Positions 20,028 through 29,368 of a stretch of 32,871 nucleotides of DNA are shown one piece after another. Under the pieces are notes generated by a model that was given only the letters and a program-made list of their open reading frames with translations, was not told where the DNA came from and did not search any database. The position numbers were made by a program, and so were the translations under genes. Source of the stretch: Candidatus Fraserbacteria bacterium (lineage in GTDB: Bacteria > Bipolaricaulota > Bipolaricaulia > RBG-16-55-9); contig JBBIOR010000019.1 of the NCBI GenBank assembly GCA_037443265.1, positions 1 to 32,871 of the forward strand, written 5' to 3'. How positions within the stretch are numbered: position 1 is the stretch's first letter; each line of letters begins with the position of its first letter.

Positions 20028-22028
20028 GTGAGTGAGCGCATCTTTCTTGCTATTCTGGTGCTCGTAGCTCTTGTGGCGGGATGGCTCGCCCTTCAACTGG
20101 GGGCTCCGCCGCCGGAGAAGCCTACGGTCGTGGAAAGACCCGAAAAGCCCCAGCCCCCCCAAGAGCCGCCCAAAGAGACGCCGCCGGCCGAGCAGCCGAA
20201 GCCTGAGAAGAAGCCGGAGCAGCCCCAGGCGGAAAGACCCACCCCTCAACCGCAGACCCGAGCCGTCAAGAACCCCGATGTTCTCGTCCAGGCCGTCATC
20301 GCAGATGTCGACACCCTCGATCCCGTCCAGGCGTATGACACCGCCAGCGGCGAGATCATCTTCAACATCTATGAGAACTTAATCGCTTATGACGGCCCCA
20401 GGATCGATCGCTTCGTGCCCCAGCTGGCCACCGAAGTCCCCTCCCTGGAGAACGGCCTCATAGAAGTGCGCCCCGACGGCACCACCCTCATCCGATTCCC
20501 CATCCGCGCGGGGGTCAAATTCCATAACGGCCATGATTTGACGCCGGAGGACGCCGCCTACTCCTTCAGAAGGATCATGATCCACAGCCATCCGGACAGC
20601 CCGGCCTGGATCCTTCTGGAGGATCTTTTGGGCGTCCACGATCTGGGGGATCTGGCGGAGAAGGTGGGCGACCAGAGGGCCTGCGAGATGGTGAAGGAGG
20701 CAGTCTTCACCGAAGGGCAGAAGGTGGTCTTCAAGCTGAGAGAGCCTTCGGCCACGTTTCTGGCGCGCCTGGCCCATGGCGGCAGCTGGGGAGCCATCAC
20801 GGATAAGGAGTTTGTGATCGAGCGCGGTGGCTGGGATGAGAACTGCGCCCGCTGGCGCGAGTTCTATCAAGTGGAGAAGGAGAAGCTCCCACTGCACAGC
20901 GTGGCCAACGGCACCGGGCCGTTTAAGCTGGAGCGCTGGCTGCCCGATGAAGAGATCGTGCTGGCCCGCAATGAGAACTACTGGCGGACGCCTGCCCAGC
21001 TCAGCAAGGTGATCACCCGGGTGGTGCCGGAGTTCGGCACCCGCAAGCTGATGCTCCAGCAGGGCGATGCAGACATCATTGAAGTCGATCGCCAGTTCAT
21101 CCCCCAGATGGAGGGGCTGGCGGGCGTGCGCACCATCTACGGCCTGCCCGGGCTTTCCAACACCACCGCCTTCTTCAACTATGATATTCCTGTGGAGGGC
21201 AACCCCAACATCGGCAGCGGCCGGCTCGATGGAGAGGGCATTCCCCCGGACTTCTTCCGGGACATTCACATCAGAAAGGCCTTCAATTCCTCCTTCAACT
21301 GGAAGGAGTATATTGAGCAGGTCTGGCGGAATGAGGCCGCCCAGGCCCGCGGCCCCATCCCCGCGGCCATGCCCTTCTTCAACCCCGAAAACCCCGTCTA
21401 CTCCTACGACCCCAAGGCGGCCGAAGAGCACTTCCGAGCGGCCTGGAACGGAGCAGTCTGGGAGAAAGGCTTTCAATTTACGATCGTCTACAACGAAGGG
21501 AACGATCAGCGTCGCATTGCGGCCGAGATGCTGAAAGACAACGTGGAAGCCCTAAATCCCAGGTTCCAGATCGAGGTGCGCAGCGAGCCCTGGCCCACGT
21601 TTCTCGATAGCATCCGCGCCCGCCGGGTGCCGATCTTCATCGTCGGCTGGCTGGCGGATTTCCCCGATCCCCACAACTTCGCCCAGCCCTATATGCACAG
21701 CCAAGGCTCCTACGGCATCCGCCAGAGCCTGAGCCGGATCGCCAACTACGATGACCTCATCCTGCAGGCGGCCAAAGAGCTCGACCCCCAGAAGCGCCGC
21801 CAGCTCTATTATGAACTCCAGCGGCGGGCCTATGAAGACGCCATCGACATCTTCTTGGTGGATCCTACGGAGCGCACCTGGCAGAGGACCTGGGTGGACG
21901 GCTGGCTCTATAATCCCATGTGGCCGGGCGAAGCCCGCTATTTCTATCTGCTCTCCAAAAGGCCCGATGCCCAAGTAAACCCCCAGCTCCTAGCTGCCTT
22001 CCCCCAGGCGAAATTGACCCAGTGGTAG
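20028..22028 (+). CDS. ABC transporter substrate-binding protein, family 5, with TM anchor and Pro/Glu/Lys/Gln linker
   Basis: TLDPVQAYD, KFHNG..LTPED, NGTGPFKL, GWLADFPDP. GTG after GGGAGGT. Confidence 0.93.
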   Translation: MSERIFLAILVLVALVAGWLALQLGAPPPEKPTVVERPEKPQPPQEPPKETPPAEQPKPEKKPEQPQAERPTPQPQTRAVKNPDVLVQAVIADVDTLDPVQAYDTASGEIIFNIYENLIAYDGPRIDRFVPQLATEVPSLENGLIEVRPDGTTLIRFPIRAGVKFHNGHDLTPEDAAYSFRRIMIHSHPDSPAWILLEDLLGVHDLGDLAEKVGDQRACEMVKEAVFTEGQKVVFKLREPSATFLARLAHGGSWGAITDKEFVIERGGWDENCARWREFYQVEKEKLPLHSVANGTGPFKLERWLPDEEIVLARNENYWRTPAQLSKVITRVVPEFGTRKLMLQQGDADIIEVDRQFIPQMEGLAGVRTIYGLPGLSNTTAFFNYDIPVEGNPNIGSGRLDGEGIPPDFFRDIHIRKAFNSSFNWKEYIEQVWRNEAAQARGPIPAAMPFFNPENPVYSYDPKAAEEHFRAAWNGAVWEKGFQFTIVYNEGNDQRRIAAEMLKDNVEALNPRFQIEVRSEPWPTFLDSIRARRVPIFIVGWLADFPDPHNFAQPYMHSQGSYGIRQSLSRIANYDDLILQAAKELDPQKRRQLYYELQRRAYEDAIDIFLVDPTERTWQRTWVDGWLYNPMWPGEARYFYLLSKRPDAQVNPQLLAAFPQAKLTQW

Positions 22029-22039
22029 CCTGACTGAGG

Positions 22040-23164
22040 ATGCTGGCCTACATTGCCCGGCGGCTGCTCCTTCTGCCCCTCATTCTTTTAGGGGTGACCC
22101 TGCTCATCTTCCTCATGCTCCAGCTGCTCAACCCCTATCAGCGGCTGAGCGTCTACATCGACGAGGGCTCGCTGGTGCGCTCTAAGCCGGAGGATCTCGA
22201 AAGGCTCATCCGCCTCCACGGCCTCAACGATCCCATCTTTCTGCCCTTCACCGTGGGGCGCGTGGAGATCTTGGGGATCTCCTTTGGCAGCCCGCAGTGC
22301 CGCGGGCTCTGCTACTGCCGCTGCACACCCCAATATCTGCGCTGGCTGAGGAATGTGCTGCGGGGCAACCTCGGCTGGTCAGAGACGGACAAGATGCCCG
22401 TGAAAGAGGCCCTTATGAGTCGCATTCCCGCCACCGTCGAGCTGGCGGTGCTGGCCATCTTACCCTTAGTGCTCATCGGGATCGCCTTGGGGATCGTCTC
22501 CGCCGTCTATCACAACCGCCCCCTGGACCATCTGACGCGCTTCATGTCGATTACGGGCTACGCTTTTCCCACCTTTGTCTTCGGCTTATTAGTGCTGATG
22601 ATCTTCTATGGGAAGCTGGGGTGGTTTCCGCCCGGACGGCTCTCCACAGAATTCAACGAGATCGTCAACTCCCCAGCGTTTATGCGCTATACGGGGCTGA
22701 ACACCCTCGATGGGCTGCTCAACGGGCGCTTGGACGTCTTCGCTGATGCCCTGAGGCATCTCATTTTGCCCGTGCTCACCCTCTCGTATGTGAGCTGGGC
22801 GCTGATTGTGCGCATCACGCGCTCCTCGATGCTCGAGACCCTCCAGCAGGATTATGTCACGGTGGCCCGGGCCAAAGGCCAACGCGAATCGCGGGTCATC
22901 TTAAAACACGCCGCCCGGAACGCGCTCATCCCGGTAGCCACGATCTCAGGACTGGTCTTCGCCGGCTGGCTGAGCGGCGTGGTCATCACCGAGACGATCT
23001 TCAACTATCGCGGGTTGGGCAAATTCGTAGCCGAAGCTGCCTACACCCTGGACATCCCCTCGGTGCTCGGCTTCACCCTGTTTGCCACCACCCTGCTGGT
23101 CTTGATGAATCTGCTGGTGGATCTCCTCTATGCCGTGATCGACCCTAGGGTGAGGCTGGAATGA
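22040..23164 (+). CDS. peptide ABC permease (OppB-like) with Cys-rich insertion
   Basis: ARAKG, HAARNALIP, IDPRVRL. Confidence 0.93.
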   Translation: MLAYIARRLLLLPLILLGVTLLIFLMLQLLNPYQRLSVYIDEGSLVRSKPEDLERLIRLHGLNDPIFLPFTVGRVEILGISFGSPQCRGLCYCRCTPQYLRWLRNVLRGNLGWSETDKMPVKEALMSRIPATVELAVLAILPLVLIGIALGIVSAVYHNRPLDHLTRFMSITGYAFPTFVFGLLVLMIFYGKLGWFPPGRLSTEFNEIVNSPAFMRYTGLNTLDGLLNGRLDVFADALRHLILPVLTLSYVSWALIVRITRSSMLETLQQDYVTVARAKGQRESRVILKHAARNALIPVATISGLVFAGWLSGVVITETIFNYRGLGKFVAEAAYTLDIPSVLGFTLFATTLLVLMNLLVDLLYAVIDPRVRLE

Positions 23165-24090
23165 TCTTAAGATTATTGAAGAATCCACTCTCGGCGATCG
23201 GGCTGGTGATTGTTTCAGGGCTCTTCACGATCGCGATGGCGGCTCCACTGCTGGCCCCGCCGGAGCGCCCCTGCAAGCCCCCGCTCGCCTACTGGCTGCC
23301 CGAAAGCCTCTTAAAGATCTTCGCAGGGGAGGTGACGCCCTGCCGGCCCTACAAGATCCCGCAGGACGGCCGCTGGGCCGACCCCAGCCCCCCCAGCCCC
23401 AAGCACCCCCTCGGGACTACCCCCTATCAATACGACATCTTATATGGGCTCATCTGGGGTACCCGCACGGCCTTCAAAGTGGGCTTTACGGTCGTACTAA
23501 GCATCGTCCTCATCGGGGTGGTGCTCGGCGCGATCTCGGGCTATTTCGGCCGATGGATCGATGAGCTGCTCATGCGCATCACCGAGATCTTTCTCGCCTT
23601 CCCGTTCTTGATCGCGGCCATCGTGCTCGTGTCGATCCTGGGCAAGGGGCTCGACAAAGTGATGATCGCCCTCATCGTCTTCGGCTGGCCCACCTATGCC
23701 CGTCTGGTACGGGGGGATATTCTGGCCGCCAAGGAGCGGGAGTACGTGCAGGCCGCGCGGGCAGTGGGCTCCGGGCATCTGCGCGTCATCTTCCGGCATG
23801 TGCTACCCAACACGATCTATCCGGTCTTCGTGTTAGCCTCTCTCGATATGGGCTCGATTGTGCTCTCCGCCGCGGCGCTCAGCTTTCTGGGCTTGGGCTC
23901 GGAGATCGGCTACGCCGACTGGGGCCAGATGATCAGCTTCGCCCGCAATTTCATCACCGAGCTGGACGACTACTGGTGGACTGTAGTCTATCCGGGGGCG
24001 GCCATTGTGCTCTTTGTGCTGGGCTGGAATCTTCTGGGGGACGCCTTTCGAGATATTCTCGATCCGCGGATGCGCGGCGGCCGCGCTTGA
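23161..24090 (+). CDS. peptide ABC permease (OppC-like)
   Basis: HPLGT, YVQAARAVG, GDAFRDILDPR. ATGA overlap. Confidence 0.93.
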   Translation: MILRLLKNPLSAIGLVIVSGLFTIAMAAPLLAPPERPCKPPLAYWLPESLLKIFAGEVTPCRPYKIPQDGRWADPSPPSPKHPLGTTPYQYDILYGLIWGTRTAFKVGFTVVLSIVLIGVVLGAISGYFGRWIDELLMRITEIFLAFPFLIAAIVLVSILGKGLDKVMIALIVFGWPTYARLVRGDILAAKEREYVQAARAVGSGHLRVIFRHVLPNTIYPVFVLASLDMGSIVLSAAALSFLGLGSEIGYADWGQMISFARNFITELDDYWWTVVYPGAAIVLFVLGWNLLGDAFRDILDPRMRGGRA

Positions 24091-24097
24091 GGCTCCT

Positions 24098-24126
24098 TTG
24101 ATGAGGCGGAAAAGCTGCGCTATCAT
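24098..24126 (+). promoter_or_regulatory. possible promoter of the third SBP module
   Basis: TTGATG-17-TATCAT. Confidence 0.5.
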
Positions 24127-24163
24127 AGCACCATAGAGCCCGTAGAGCTAGGGAAAGGAAGAG

Positions 24164-26158
24164 GTGTCCCCTGTGAAGAGAATCTGGATTTGGGTAGGCT
24201 TGACGGCGCTGCTGGTCGCCGGCGGCATCTACGTCATCGTCACCAACCCTGGCGGTGGGCCACCGCCCTCCCCGGCCGTGACCCCCTCGGAAGAGAAGAA
24301 GCCGCCGGAGTCCCAAGCGATTAAGAACCCCGACACCCTCATCATCGCCGATGCCGGAGACATCGACACCCTCGACCCCGCCTTCGCCTATGATACCAGC
24401 AGCGGCTTCATCCTCTTCAATATCTATGAGAATCTGATCAAGTACAAGGGCGCAAGCACGGAGGAGTTCGAGCCCCTCTTGGCCACCGAGGTCCCCAGCC
24501 TGGAGAACGGCTTGATCGCTCAACACGACGACGGCTCGGTGACGATCGCCTTTCCCTTAAGAAGTGGGATCAGGTTCCACAACGGGAACGCTCTTACGGC
24601 CGAGGACGCCGCCTACAGCTTTCAGCGCCTGCTCCTGCTCGACCGCAGCGGCGGGCCCAGCTGGCTTCTGCTCAGCCCCCTTCTGGGAGTCAACTCCATA
24701 GAAGACTACGCCGTGGAGCTGGAGGCCCAGGCGACGGGTAAGACCCCGGAGGAGATCCGCCAGGCGGCGCAGGCCGGCCGCAAGCTGCTAGAGACACTCA
24801 GCCCCGCGACCCTAAAGCGCGTCTGCGAAGAGGTAAAGAGCGCTGTCTATGCCAAAGAGGATCGGGTCGTCTTTGAACTTCCCAAGCCCTTCCCGCCTTT
24901 TCTCTCCATCCTGGCTCATGGGGGCAGCTGGGCCTCCCTCATCGATAAAGAGTGGGCCGTCCAGCAGGGGGCCTGGAGCGGAGAGTGCTCCGACTGGGTA
25001 AGCTTCCACGATCCGCAGAAGGAGAACGATCCCCTCTATGAGAAGACGAACGGCACCGGGCCGTTTAAGCTAGAGAAGTGGGATCGCACCACAAGCGAAG
25101 TCTGGCTGATTCGCAACGAGAGCTATTGGCGTGGCCCCGCCCGCATAAAGAGGGTCATCGACAAGAACGTGCGCGAGTGGTCGACCCGCCAGCTCATGTT
25201 CATCAACGGCGACGCGGATATTGCCGTCGTACCCCGCCAGTTCGTGGACCAGATCGATGGGGCCAAAGGCGTTCGGCTGATCAAGGGACAGATCAACTTC
25301 ACGCTCTTGTATCTCTTCTTCAACCAGAAGGTCCGGGCCGAGGGGAACCCTTACATCGGAAGCGGCAAGCTCGATGGAGCGGGCATCCCCCCAGATTTCT
25401 TTGCCGATAGGGACGTGCGCCGGGGCTTCGCCTATAGCTTCGACTGGGAGACCTTTCTCACGCAAGCCCTCAAGGGCGAAGCCTTAAAGCCCACCGGCCC
25501 CATCCCCCAGGGAGTCCCCTATCACAACCCGGAGAACCCCACCTACGCCCTGGATCTCGCCCAGGCAAAGGAGCATTTCCAGAAGGCCTGGAACGGCCAG
25601 CTGTGGGAAGTGGGCTTTAGGCTCTCGGGCGTCTGCGTCGATCCCTGCGAAGGGGCCAGCAAGACGGCCTTTGAGCTCCTAAGGCGCAATCTCCAGAGGG
25701 TCAACCCCAAGTTCCAGCTCGATATCGCGGTGGTCCCATGGTCCACTTTTCTAAGCCAGAGCGTACAGGGTACCCCGCCACTCTATCTGAGCGGCTGGCA
25801 GGAGGACTACCACGACGCGCACAACTGGGTCTTCCCCATCATGCACAGCCAGGGGACATACTCAGCCTACTTGGGGATTGGCACCCAGTACGACGATCTC
25901 ATCGAGCAGGGGCTTGCGACTCTAGACCCCCAGAGGCGTCGCGAGATCTACTATGAGCTGCAAAGGCGGGCCTATGAGGACGCCATCGCGCTCTTCCTCG
26001 ATCAGCCGCTGGGACGCCACTACCAGCAGCGCTGGGTCGGAGGATATTACTACAATCCGCTCCACCCCTTGGATCTTTATGCACTCTACAAGGCCCCGGA
26101 TGCCCAGCCCAATCTGGAGCTGGCCCGCGCCTTGAGCCTTGAGATCCAGGAGTGGTAA
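24164..26158 (+). CDS. ABC transporter substrate-binding protein, family 5 (paralog of 20028-22028)
   Basis: Shares KNPD, TLDP..AYD, LATEVPSLENGLI, LAHGGSW, YYELQRRAYEDAI. Start may be GTG 24173. Confidence 0.93.
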   Translation: MSPVKRIWIWVGLTALLVAGGIYVIVTNPGGGPPPSPAVTPSEEKKPPESQAIKNPDTLIIADAGDIDTLDPAFAYDTSSGFILFNIYENLIKYKGASTEEFEPLLATEVPSLENGLIAQHDDGSVTIAFPLRSGIRFHNGNALTAEDAAYSFQRLLLLDRSGGPSWLLLSPLLGVNSIEDYAVELEAQATGKTPEEIRQAAQAGRKLLETLSPATLKRVCEEVKSAVYAKEDRVVFELPKPFPPFLSILAHGGSWASLIDKEWAVQQGAWSGECSDWVSFHDPQKENDPLYEKTNGTGPFKLEKWDRTTSEVWLIRNESYWRGPARIKRVIDKNVREWSTRQLMFINGDADIAVVPRQFVDQIDGAKGVRLIKGQINFTLLYLFFNQKVRAEGNPYIGSGKLDGAGIPPDFFADRDVRRGFAYSFDWETFLTQALKGEALKPTGPIPQGVPYHNPENPTYALDLAQAKEHFQKAWNGQLWEVGFRLSGVCVDPCEGASKTAFELLRRNLQRVNPKFQLDIAVVPWSTFLSQSVQGTPPLYLSGWQEDYHDAHNWVFPIMHSQGTYSAYLGIGTQYDDLIEQGLATLDPQRRREIYYELQRRAYEDAIALFLDQPLGRHYQQRWVGGYYYNPLHPLDLYALYKAPDAQPNLELARALSLEIQEW

Positions 26159-26183
26159 AGGGCACTGAGGGCTACTTGCGGCC

Positions 26184-27251
26184 ATGTGGGCCTACATCCT
26201 CCGGCGGCTGATGTTCCTGCCCCTGCTGCTTTTGGGGGTGACGCTGCTGCTCTTCCTCATGCTGGAGCTGCTCGATCCCTATCAGCGCCTGGCGCTCTAC
26301 ATTCAGGACCCCAATCAGCTAAAGGGCGGCAAGGAGCAGCTCGACCGGATGATCGCCAAATATGGCCTTACGGATCCGATGCCGGTGCGCTACGGCCGCT
26401 GGCTTAAGAAGCTGATCCGCTTTGACTTCGGCTGGTCGGAGACGGCCAAGGCTCCGGTCAGCGAGGCCTTTGGCAGCCGCTTTCCGGCCACGGCGGAGCT
26501 GGCGCTCTATACGATCCCGCTCATCGTCTTTCTCTCCATCTGGCTGGGGGTGCAGGCCGCCGTCCAGCACAATCGCTGGTTCGATCAGCTCATGCGGATC
26601 GCTAGTACTACCGGGTATGCTCTCCCGACCTTTGTGCTGGGGATTCTCCTGCTGGCGATCTTCTATGGCCTGCTGGGCCGTTCTTTGAGCGCGGGGCCGT
26701 TGGCCGGCTGGTTTCAGCCCGGAAGAGTGAGCTTCTGGGCCCAGGAGGCTATCTCCACTCCAGGATATCATAGCTATACCGGCTTGGTCACCCTGGATGC
26801 GCTGCTCAACGGGCGCTTGGATATCTTCTGGGATGGGCTGGGTCATCTGATCCTGCCCGTGCTCACGCTGGCTACCGTGAGCATCGCCGGCTATGCCCGG
26901 GTGATGCGCTCGAGCATGCTCGAGACCCTCCGACAAGAGTACGTGACGGTGGCGCGCGCCAAGGGCCTCGCTGAGAGGACGGTGATCTATAAGCACGCGC
27001 GGAGAAACGCACTTATCCCCATGGCCACGCTCGTGGCCTATCTCATCATTGGGCTATTGGGAGGCGTGGTCATCACCGAGACGATCTTCAGCTATCCGGG
27101 CATCGGCTCCTGGGCCGCTCAAGCGGCCCTCAGTCTCGACATCTCGGCCGTGCTCTTCTTTCTCACCTTCAGCGTCTTCTCCGTAGTGCTGGCCAATCTG
27201 GCCGTGGATCTCATCTACCCGGTGCTCGATCCTAGGGTGAGGCTGACGTAA
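26184..27251 (+). CDS. peptide ABC permease (OppB-like)
   Basis: ARAKGL, HARRNALIP, LDPRVRL. Confidence 0.93.
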   Translation: MWAYILRRLMFLPLLLLGVTLLLFLMLELLDPYQRLALYIQDPNQLKGGKEQLDRMIAKYGLTDPMPVRYGRWLKKLIRFDFGWSETAKAPVSEAFGSRFPATAELALYTIPLIVFLSIWLGVQAAVQHNRWFDQLMRIASTTGYALPTFVLGILLLAIFYGLLGRSLSAGPLAGWFQPGRVSFWAQEAISTPGYHSYTGLVTLDALLNGRLDIFWDGLGHLILPVLTLATVSIAGYARVMRSSMLETLRQEYVTVARAKGLAERTVIYKHARRNALIPMATLVAYLIIGLLGGVVITETIFSYPGIGSWAAQAALSLDISAVLFFLTFSVFSVVLANLAVDLIYPVLDPRVRLT

Positions 27252-27252
27252 C

Positions 27253-28215
27253 GTGGAATTGGGTGGGGCGGAGCGGAGGAAGCGGCTGCTGTGGGGGCTT
27301 GGGAGTGTGGGACGTCGGCTGCTTGGGACGCCCACGGCGGCTCTGGGGCTGCTGATCCTTGCGTCCTTTGCGCTGGTGGCCCTCGGGGCACCGGTGCTGG
27401 CCCCGCCAGAGCCGGGTCGCAATCCCTATGAGATCCCCCAGCGCGAGATCGTACGGCCCTTCCGCCCACCTGCGGGCGGGGACGCCTACGGAGCCACACC
27501 CACCCCGCCGGGCCGAAACCACCCCTTGGGCACCACGCAGGATCAGTACGATCTCTTCTACGGGCTTGTGTGGGGGACGCGTCTGGCCTTTCGCTTGGGG
27601 ATCATTGTGGTGGTTAGCACGCTGCTGATCGGCCTCACCGTTGGGAGCCTCTCGGGGTACTTCGGCGGCTGGATCGACGAGATCCTGCAGCGCCTCGTAG
27701 AGGTCTTCTTAGTCTTCCCCTTTCTCATCTCCGCGCTGGTGCTCACGACGCTTCTGGGCAAGGGCCTCAACAACATCATGATTGCCTTCATCGTCTTTGG
27801 CTGGCCCGGCTATGCCCGGCTGATCCGGGGCGAAGTCCTGCACGTCAAGGAGAATCTCTATGTGGAAGCGGCACGGGCGGCGGGAGCCGGGCCGGGGCGC
27901 ATCATCTTTCGCCATCTACTGCCCAACGCCGTCTATCCGGTGCTGGTGCTGGCCTCGCTGGACATCGGCTCCATCGTACTGGGCGCGGCCGCCATCAGCT
28001 TCTTAGGGCTGGGCACCCCCGGCTATGCTGACTGGGGAAACCTCATCAATATGGCGCGACCCTGGATCATCCAGGCCTATGGACCTCCTCTAGCCTACTG
28101 GTATACTTTTGTATTCCCCGGCGCCTCCATCGTGCTCTTTGTGCTGGGCTGGAATCTTCTGGGGGACGCCTTTCGAGATATTCTCGATCCGCGGATGCGG
28201 GGAGCACGCAGCTGA
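27253..28215 (+). CDS. peptide ABC permease (OppC-like)
   Basis: HPLGT, YVEAARAAGA, GDAFRDILDPR. Confidence 0.93.
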   Translation: MELGGAERRKRLLWGLGSVGRRLLGTPTAALGLLILASFALVALGAPVLAPPEPGRNPYEIPQREIVRPFRPPAGGDAYGATPTPPGRNHPLGTTQDQYDLFYGLVWGTRLAFRLGIIVVVSTLLIGLTVGSLSGYFGGWIDEILQRLVEVFLVFPFLISALVLTTLLGKGLNNIMIAFIVFGWPGYARLIRGEVLHVKENLYVEAARAAGAGPGRIIFRHLLPNAVYPVLVLASLDIGSIVLGAAAISFLGLGTPGYADWGNLINMARPWIIQAYGPPLAYWYTFVFPGASIVLFVLGWNLLGDAFRDILDPRMRGARS

Positions 28216-28401
28216 AGCCACTTTCAGCGCTCAGCTGGCCCACTAGCAGCTCGGGGAGGGAATTCTGTCTCCTCGGCCGGGGGCGGCAGGGCGCACCTCT
28301 CTCTCACCCGAGTCTTCTTGAGGACAGACCGACTCGTCTTCGCCGGGCCGCCTGAGACCTTCAGCCCAGATGTCTTCCCCATTACAGTGGATCAGCAACC
28401 T

Positions 28402-29115
28402 ATGGCTATGAAGATCAATCGATCCTACGTCTACGGCAGCTTCATCCGAGCGTCGCAGGGGGCCGGCACGAGGCTCGCCCAGGTGCTGGAACAGCTTATG
28501 GCGGAAACCCAAGGTCGCTCCTACCAGAAGGGCGAGGTCATCTACCAGCCGGGCGACCACGACGATTCGCTCTACTACATCCAGTCGGGGAAGGTCAAGC
28601 TGGCGTATCTGGACGAGAGCGGCCGCAAGCTCACGCTCACTATCCTGGGGGAGGGAGAGCTCTTCGGTGAGATGGTGCTCATCGGCCGAAGCCAGCGGGA
28701 GCTCCTCGCCCAGGTCCTGCAAGATGCCGTCATCTACGGCATCGAGCGGATACGGTTCTTAGAGCTTTTAAGAGGGGACCCGGAGCTGGCCTTAGAAGTC
28801 ATAGAGCTCTTTGGACGGCGCACCCGCGAGATCGAAAACAAATTAGAAGATCTGGTCTTCAAAGATATTCCAACTAGGCTCTCGCGCCAGATCTTAAGAC
28901 TCATTGAGGAGCACGGCGTTCAGACCGGCGAGGGCATTCAAATAGATTTTAAGATCACGCATAAGGAGCTGGCGGATCTGATCGGCAGCGCCCGCGAGAA
29001 CACCACCAGTGCGCTCAACCGCCTGGCCAAAGAGGGCATCTTAGACAAGAAGCGCTACCGCATCATCGTCAAAGATCAAGCACGCCTGAAGAAGAAGAGC
29101 GAGAGCGGAAGTTGA
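28402..29115 (+). CDS. Crp/Fnr family transcriptional regulator
   Basis: [39 protein letters not shown]. Start uncertain (ATG 28402/28408 or TTG 28318). Confidence 0.92.
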   Translation: MAMKINRSYVYGSFIRASQGAGTRLAQVLEQLMAETQGRSYQKGEVIYQPGDHDDSLYYIQSGKVKLAYLDESGRKLTLTILGEGELFGEMVLIGRSQRELLAQVLQDAVIYGIERIRFLELLRGDPELALEVIELFGRRTREIENKLEDLVFKDIPTRLSRQILRLIEEHGVQTGEGIQIDFKITHKELADLIGSARENTTSALNRLAKEGILDKKRYRIIVKDQARLKKKSESGS

Positions 29116-29360
29116 ACCCCTGGCAGCGCTCGACTATCATCTGGGGGATGATCCGTCGAGCGCTGCAGGGCGTGATACGTCTCTATCAGGGGCTGATCTC
29201 GCCTCTCTTCGGGCCGTCGTGTCGCTTCTATCCCAGCTGTTCGGAGTACGCCCGACAAGCGATCGCAAAGCATGGGGCTCTAAGAGGCAGTTGGCTGGCC
29301 GTCAAGCGTCTGATGAGGTGCCACCCCTGGCATCCGGGCGGAGTGGATCCCGTGCCCTAA
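29112..29360 (+). CDS. yidD: membrane protein insertion efficiency factor YidD
   Basis: [34 protein letters not shown]. Start is TTG 29112 or ATG 29148. Confidence 0.93.
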   Translation: MNPWQRSTIIWGMIRRALQGVIRLYQGLISPLFGPSCRFYPSCSEYARQAIAKHGALRGSWLAVKRLMRCHPWHPGGVDPVP

Positions 29361-29368
29361 GATCGAGC

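Noticed and set aside
14574..21476. Long antisense ORFs (14574-15656, 18842-19771, 20379-21476)
   Set aside because: Shadow frames of high-GC genes with clear family motifs on the other strand
28216..28400. Fragments resembling glycine or cobalamin riboswitch words on the minus strand (CTGAAGG, TCTCAGG, CCACTGTAA)
   Set aside because: Order and helices do not match either family, and no minus-strand gene lies downstream
28213..28401. oppC TGA is in frame with the Crp ORF with no intervening stop (readthrough or selenocysteine fusion?)
   Set aside because: The paralog oppC ends at the same place, no convincing SECIS is present, and ~60 stop-free codons are unremarkable at this GC content
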